In this document: positions 8,459 through 12,951 of the stretch, piece by piece
How the letters are laid out: every line of letters starts with the position of its first letter
Position numbering within the stretch: position 1 is the first letter of the stretch
NCBI GenBank assembly: GCA_016839945.1
Contig: JAEOTE010000044.1
Span: 1-12,951 of the forward strand
Length of the DNA: 12,951 nt
Reading direction: 5' to 3'
DNA from: Candidatus Heimdallarchaeota archaeon
GTDB taxonomy: Archaea; Asgardarchaeota; Heimdallarchaeia; Heimdallarchaeales; Heimdallarchaeaceae
Notes under the pieces: generated by a model
Told to the model about the DNA's origin: nothing
The model's database searches: none
The model's input: only the letters and a program-made list of their open reading frames with translations
Made by a program: the position numbers and the translations under genes

Positions 8459-9451
8459 TTAGATAAACGCAGCTTCTTCATCTGTTAAATCCCATTTACC
8501 ACATCTACTTCCCCATCGTGCAACTAGTTGTTCATTTTTACGAATTTCAACTATTTCACAAATGTTAGGACACCCATCACACTCAAATCCTGTTGTTTTA
8601 AAATCCATTTCTGGTATATCCCAACCATAGAATGATGTATTTCTCGGTCGCTTGTTCATTTCTTCCTTTGCAAGAATTGCTGCTCCTATTGCTCCCATTA
8701 CATCATAATTTTCAGGAATCATTATTTCATACTCTAGGTATTTTTCAAATGATTCCCTCATACCTGCATTTGCTGCAACTCCTCCTTGAAACATGATTGG
8801 AGGTTTAATGTCTTTTCCTTTGCCTACGTTATTTAAATAATTCCTAGCGAGTGCTTCACACAATCCTTTAATGATATCTTTAGCAGGATGACCTAATTGC
8901 TGTTTATGAATCATATCGCTTTCTGCGAATACCGTACACCTACCAGCAATTGAGACAGCATTATCTGATTGTAAAGCTAAATCTCCAAAGTCTTCGATAG
9001 GAATATCTAATCGACTTGCTTGCATATCAAGAAATGAACCTGTTCCTGCTGCACAAACAGTATTCATTGCAAAATCGACTACAATACCATTTCTAATGAT
9101 TATTATTTTACTATCTTGCCCTCCAATTTCCATAACCGTTTGCACTTCAGGATTTAGATCCAATGAAGCTAAAGCATGTGCTGTGATCTCATTTTTTACA
9201 ATATCAGCCCCTACAATTACTCCTGTAAGTTGTCTTGCACTACCTGTTGATCCTGCACCAGTTATTTCTAAATTGTTACCAAGTTTTTCTTGCATTATTT
9301 TAATCCCTCTCTGAACAGAATCCACAGGTTTACCTTCCGTTCTGATGTAAACTGATTCAATTAAGTCTTGTGTTTGATTAATCACAGCTAAATTTGTACT
9401 GATTGAGCCTACATCAACTCCCAAGAAATAATTATTACCTTTTTCTTTCAT
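8459..9451 (-). CDS. Acyl-CoA dehydratase/reductase activase (BadF/BadG/BcrA/BcrD ASKHA ATPase, [4Fe-4S]) with an extra C-terminal CxxCxxxC…RC domain
   Basis: Motifs GVDVGSISTN, EIGGQDSK, MNTVCAAGTGSFLD, IAGRCTVFAESD, FQGGVAAN and GAIGAA, plus the tail FECDGCPNICE…WGSRCGKW. Confidence 0.93.
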   Translation of the reverse strand: MKEKGNNYFLGVDVGSISTNLAVINQTQDLIESVYIRTEGKPVDSVQRGIKIMQEKLGNNLEITGAGSTGSARQLTGVIVGADIVKNEITAHALASLDLNPEVQTVMEIGGQDSKIIIIRNGIVVDFAMNTVCAAGTGSFLDMQASRLDIPIEDFGDLALQSDNAVSIAGRCTVFAESDMIHKQQLGHPAKDIIKGLCEALARNYLNNVGKGKDIKPPIMFQGGVAANAGMRESFEKYLEYEIMIPENYDVMGAIGAAILAKEEMNKRPRNTSFYGWDIPEMDFKTTGFECDGCPNICEIVEIRKNEQLVARWGSRCGKWDLTDEEAAFI

Positions 9452-9463
9452 TTTATAAGACTC

Positions 9464-10564
9464 TCATTTCACCTTATTTTTATCATTTTCATTTCTTTTA
9501 CGTTCTAATAAATCAACGAATGCTTCCACTCTAGTTTGGAAACCAGCTTCACCAGTATGTTCATCAACAACAAGAGAAAGAACTGGCATATCATAATCTT
9601 TACTAACTTGTGGCAATATACTACGAGAAATAATTTCAGGCATACAAGTAAATGGATAAAGGTGGATCAATCCATCCCATCCTTTTTCCTTGTAATAAAT
9701 TGTACATCCTATTGATTCTCTTGCTTTTCCACCTAGACGATGTCCCAAGTAAGGTTTAGCTTTCTTTATAGCAATATCATGTTGTTTCCTTTTGAAGAAA
9801 TTTAATCTATATCCTAAATCAATCCATCTTCTGAAAGTAATAGGTGTATAAGCAACTACGCCCAGATCATTTAATTTTCTCATAACATATAGATTTATAG
9901 CAGGCTCAATTACAGCGTATAATTCTCCCATAATTATTACTTTAAGAGGATCAGCTTTTTCATCAACTTCAACTTCTTCTTTAAACGTTTCCTTAATCAG
10001 TCTTGGAAGTTTTCTAACGTTTCTTTCACCCATAGTATGCACAATTGTTCTGTTGAGTTTATCAGCTACTGCTTTTGCAGAACCTTTAGAAATTTCAGTG
10101 GCTCCATAGCTGTAAAGTAGTTTTTCTACAAGATCGAAATACCGATTTTTAATCCACCCAATTCGGAAAGCTTGAAATGCTTGTATAGCGTTTAAATCAC
10201 CTGTGAGTTTTTTGAAATTTCTGAAAAAATCAGGTTTATCAAACCAATTCAAACATATTATATCACCAGTATAACCAAGATCTTCCAGAATTAATTTCCA
10301 GAGAGGAGCATAGTAACCAAGTCTGCAAAAATCAACATGAACTGTTCCAATTACTTGAGTAGCACCTCGTTCTATAACTTCAAGCAGTGATCCAAGAATT
10401 ATCTTGAATGGTGTGCAAACAAATTCAGAAGCATGACGAGAACCAAGCTGTTTGGTTCTATATGTTGGTTCATTTGGAAGTATAAGATCATCTCTATTCA
10501 TCCCTCTAGCTATTGATTCCATAACATGAGTAAAAGTTCCGAGATATGGAAATCCTAGTGGCAC
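9464..10564 (-). CDS. 2-hydroxyacyl-CoA dehydratase (HGD-D)-like Fe-S subunit, similar to the PlsR-type reduction/dehydration domain
   Basis: Three spaced Cys motifs (EFVCTPFK, FCRLGYY, YPFTCMPE), GELY, and C-terminal DEHTGEAGFQTRVEAFVDLL. GTG start with SD GGAGGT. Confidence 0.85.
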   Translation of the reverse strand: MPLGFPYLGTFTHVMESIARGMNRDDLILPNEPTYRTKQLGSRHASEFVCTPFKIILGSLLEVIERGATQVIGTVHVDFCRLGYYAPLWKLILEDLGYTGDIICLNWFDKPDFFRNFKKLTGDLNAIQAFQAFRIGWIKNRYFDLVEKLLYSYGATEISKGSAKAVADKLNRTIVHTMGERNVRKLPRLIKETFKEEVEVDEKADPLKVIIMGELYAVIEPAINLYVMRKLNDLGVVAYTPITFRRWIDLGYRLNFFKRKQHDIAIKKAKPYLGHRLGGKARESIGCTIYYKEKGWDGLIHLYPFTCMPEIISRSILPQVSKDYDMPVLSLVVDEHTGEAGFQTRVEAFVDLLERKRNENDKNKVK

Positions 10565-10570
10565 TTTTTT

Positions 10571-10576
10571 ACCTCC
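10571..10576 (-). promoter_or_regulatory. Shine-Dalgarno GGAGGT for the second operon gene
   Basis: The minus strand reads TAA-a-GGAGGT-aaaaaa-GTG. Confidence 0.75.
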
Positions 10577-10577
10577 T

Positions 10578-11600
10578 TTAAATATGAACTTTTGTTGTTA
10601 GAAGCAAAGTTTGCTCATCTTCACTCCTTCTTAGCATATCTATGAATGCTTCAATTCTTGTTTTCATACCTGCTTCTGCAGTCAACTCATCGAATACTAG
10701 TTGCAGTAATGGAACAATTGGATCTCTCTTAGATAGTCTAGCAGCTACTTCACCAGCGATAGAATCAGGACCACAACTAAAAATCATAAGATGGATAATT
10801 CCATCAACAGTCTTGCTCTCCATAAAATGCATGATAGCACCTAGTATTTCTCTTTCATAAAGAAAATATAGATCATAATCCAGTTTATCCATTTGTTTGT
10901 CAATTAAATTCCTGGGCATTTGTTCAGAAGTTATAAAATCAACTCCGTGTTCCTGTAACGATGTACGAATACCTAATGCAGAATAAGGATCATTTAAAAC
11001 ATAAGAATGCCCTACCAAAGCTATTTTTAGTTGCCTCTCATTTTCTACATATCTTGGGGGTTCATTCAATATTGTCTCTGATCGCTCCCATTTATGAAGA
11101 GTTTCTTCATCAATTAATATCGTTTTATAATGGTTTTTTTGTGCTTTTACAGCTTTTATTATAGCTCTAATAATTTTGATTGGATTTTTTGTGAACTTCA
11201 ATCCAACTTTGTATGCTTTTCTGAAAAAAGCTATTTTTCTATGACCACTTTTAGCTTTGTTATAATGTGGCATAATTATTTCTGGTAAATCAGGAATCTG
11301 TGATCTTAAAACTTCTGCTAATCCTATGAATTTGGGACAACCAACATAGGTATGATGATCACTTCCAAATCTAGGAATGAAAAGATAGTCAACTTGATCC
11401 TTAAGAGCTAAAACATGACCAAAGTAGAGTTTTGTTGAATAACAATCCTCATCTGGAGCATTTTTTACTGAGTCAAATTTAATCTGCTTTGTGGTCTTAG
11501 GTGATACAACAGCTTCTGTCCCCAATTCTTTAAAAAATGTTGTCCACATTTCTGAGAATTTGTAATAAAGCAATGCTCTAGGTATTCCTACTTTTTTCAT
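10578..11600 (-). CDS. DUF2229 (CoA-activase-associated) Fe-S reductase/dehydratase-like subunit
   Basis: Motifs KVGIPRAL, DCYSTKLYFGHV, GCPKF, VGHSY, FSCGPD and DELTAEAGMKTRIEAFIDML. Confidence 0.88.
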   Translation of the reverse strand: MKKVGIPRALLYYKFSEMWTTFFKELGTEAVVSPKTTKQIKFDSVKNAPDEDCYSTKLYFGHVLALKDQVDYLFIPRFGSDHHTYVGCPKFIGLAEVLRSQIPDLPEIIMPHYNKAKSGHRKIAFFRKAYKVGLKFTKNPIKIIRAIIKAVKAQKNHYKTILIDEETLHKWERSETILNEPPRYVENERQLKIALVGHSYVLNDPYSALGIRTSLQEHGVDFITSEQMPRNLIDKQMDKLDYDLYFLYEREILGAIMHFMESKTVDGIIHLMIFSCGPDSIAGEVAARLSKRDPIVPLLQLVFDELTAEAGMKTRIEAFIDMLRRSEDEQTLLLTTKVHI

Positions 11601-11616
11601 TATTACTCTTAAGCTA

Positions 11617-11639
11617 TTATATTAAGCGTTTTAATATAA
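11617..11639. promoter_or_regulatory. Perfect inverted repeat TTATATTAA-gcgtt-TTAATATAA over the operon promoter (candidate operator)
   Basis: 9-bp arms with a 5-bp spacer, 17-39 nt upstream of ATG 11600 in the divergent intergenic region. Confidence 0.5.
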
Positions 11640-11693
11640 ATTTTATGTCAAAATAATACTATAACCTTGTCCTAATTTATTTTATGCTGAAAA

Positions 11694-11712
11694 AAGAAAA
11701 TGAGTTATAAAT
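11694..11712 (+). promoter_or_regulatory. Putative BRE plus TATA box (TTATAAAT, 11705-11712)
   Basis: A purine-rich run precedes a TATA ending 21 nt before ATG 11734, with no SD. Confidence 0.5.
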
Positions 11713-11733
11713 GCTCAAGTACTTTTTATAAAT

Positions 11734-12663
11734 ATGAGTAATAAAGAAAAAATTATTTTTTCTTATATTGCTTTGGAATCTCAACCTGAAACTATTATTC
11801 TCCCAGAGAGCATTAGGAGCTTTGCAGGAAATTTATCGCAGTGTAGAATTTGGATGTTCATTCCTTATTCAAAAGATAAGCTTGAAAAAGATATAATTGA
11901 AAAACTCTCTTCTCTTGATGTAGAAATTATTTCTTACACTATTGATATTGATAAATCAAAATTTTCATTTATAGATACTGTAAGTGCTGCAGCAGAAGCT
12001 GAGAAATTAGCTGTAGGAAAAACTGAATTTCTTGTATGGTTAGGTACTAATGGAATTATTATTAATGAGCCTAATCAATTCCTTCTAGATACAAACAAAA
12101 TCTTAGGTTATAGACCCGTTCATCACACCCTAATAGGTTCAATATTTGATGAACCTATAGATGAGTTTTGGAAAATAGTTTTTCAAAAAACTAATATTGA
12201 AGAGGATAAGATTTTTCCGATGCAAACACATGTTGATGGGAAAATTCTTCGTCCATACTTTAACTCAGGATTCCTTATTGTAAGACCAGAAAGAGGATTA
12301 TTACAAGAATGGTGGAATAAATACAAAGTTCTATACAAAGACTCTGATTTTAAGAAATTCTATGAAAAAGATAAGCTTTATGTTACATTTGTTCATCAAG
12401 CAATACTGTCAGGAGTAATACTATCAACACTAGAAAATCATGAAATGCAAGAGTTACCCTTTGAATATAATTATCCATTGAATCTATATTTGGAGACTTC
12501 AAAAGAATATTTACCCAAGAGTATAAACGATTTAGTAACTGCTAGATATTATCTTAGCAAATTGACGGAAGGATATGAATTTGAAAAAATACCTTTTGAA
12601 GATCCCCTAAAAAGTTGGTTAGAAGAAAGAATCCTAAATCTAAGAAAATTAAAAGAGGATTGA
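11734..12663 (+). CDS. Glycosyltransferase family 8-like (GT-A fold) protein with a degenerate DxD motif
   Basis: ESIRSF, YFNSGFLIVRP, HQAILS and LPFEYNYP resemble GT8 motifs. The expected WLDxD position reads WLGTN. Confidence 0.6.
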   Translation: MSNKEKIIFSYIALESQPETIILPESIRSFAGNLSQCRIWMFIPYSKDKLEKDIIEKLSSLDVEIISYTIDIDKSKFSFIDTVSAAAEAEKLAVGKTEFLVWLGTNGIIINEPNQFLLDTNKILGYRPVHHTLIGSIFDEPIDEFWKIVFQKTNIEEDKIFPMQTHVDGKILRPYFNSGFLIVRPERGLLQEWWNKYKVLYKDSDFKKFYEKDKLYVTFVHQAILSGVILSTLENHEMQELPFEYNYPLNLYLETSKEYLPKSINDLVTARYYLSKLTEGYEFEKIPFEDPLKSWLEERILNLRKLKED

Positions 12664-12665
12664 AG

Positions 12666-12951
12666 TTGAAAGAAGAATTATCCACTTATAATGGTGTAGA
12701 ACTGTTTAAAGAAGAAATAGATGTTTTATTGGAATTAGAAAATCTAATTGGAGAAAAGATTCTAGAAGTTGGAAGTGCACAAATGTACACTTCAGGATTT
12801 ACTCATAAAGAAAAATCAATTGTGGCACTAAGTTTAAGAAAAAAAGAATTGAATTCATTTCCAGATTGTATTGGGAAACTTAAAAATCTGCAAGGACTTT
12901 TTCTTCGGGATAATAATCTAAGAACAATTCCTGATTCTATTGGTAAATTAG
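12666..12951 (+). CDS. Leucine-rich repeat protein, 3'-truncated (not in the supplied ORF track)
   Basis: TTG start at 12666 with GAGG at 12655-12658, or at 12660 overlapping the upstream stop. The frame is open to the window end: MKEELSTYNGVELFKEEIDVLLELENLIGEKILEV…LSLRKKELNSFPDCIGKLKNLQGLFLRDNNLRTIPDSIGKL, with 23-aa LRRs. Confidence 0.88.
   Translation, partial: MKEELSTYNGVELFKEEIDVLLELENLIGEKILEVGSAQMYTSGFTHKEKSIVALSLRKKELNSFPDCIGKLKNLQGLFLRDNNLRTIPDSIGKL

Noticed and set aside
5400-11164. Short antisense ORFs 5400..5621, 7336..7530, 7409..7618, 9096..9314, 10642..10860 and 10961..11164
   Set aside because: Each is antisense to a long CDS with conserved family motifs and has no independent support.
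8459-11600. Assigning symbols such as hgdABC, hadIBC, bcr or plsA/plsR
   Set aside because: DUF2229 motifs and the activase Cys tail differ from classical dehydratases, and orthology to PlsA/PlsR cannot be shown without a phylogeny.
1-12951. tRNA, rRNA, CRISPR array, IS or integrase
   Set aside because: All intergenic gaps are under 180 nt and AT-rich with no cloverleaf or repeat-spacer pattern, and no ORF shows transposase or recombinase motifs.

Overview
AT-rich, densely coding window with 12 genes and no RNA genes, CRISPR array or mobile element that I can support. TATA-like boxes about 20-25 nt ahead of several start codons, oligo-T terminators, N-glycosylation-rich anchored surface proteins, an xGF-TM-basic C-terminal tail and the style of the LRR protein point to an archaeon, probably Asgard/Heimdallarchaeia-like (inference only). 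In order: a 5'-truncated di-heme ferric-reductase-like membrane protein, a small 4-TM protein, an 879-aa surface glycoprotein with three tandem ~200-aa beta-sandwich modules, a 7-bladed LVIVD beta-propeller gene split by a one-base frameshift, an HGSNAT/DUF1624-like membrane acyltransferase, an ATC-hydrolase-family protein, an M20 amidohydrolase, a three-gene ATP-dependent Fe-S operon (DUF2229, HGD-D-like, BadF/BcrAD activase with a C-terminal Cys cluster), a GT8-like protein lacking the DxD motif, and a 3'-truncated LRR protein. The main candidate for a new system is the three-gene operon. It carries the domain types of the bacterial anaerobic plasmalogen/ether-lipid enzymes PlsA/PlsR and Ger as separate genes under archaeal-type expression signals, with a perfect 9-5-9 palindrome over its promoter. 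All family assignments come from motif recognition, not database searches.
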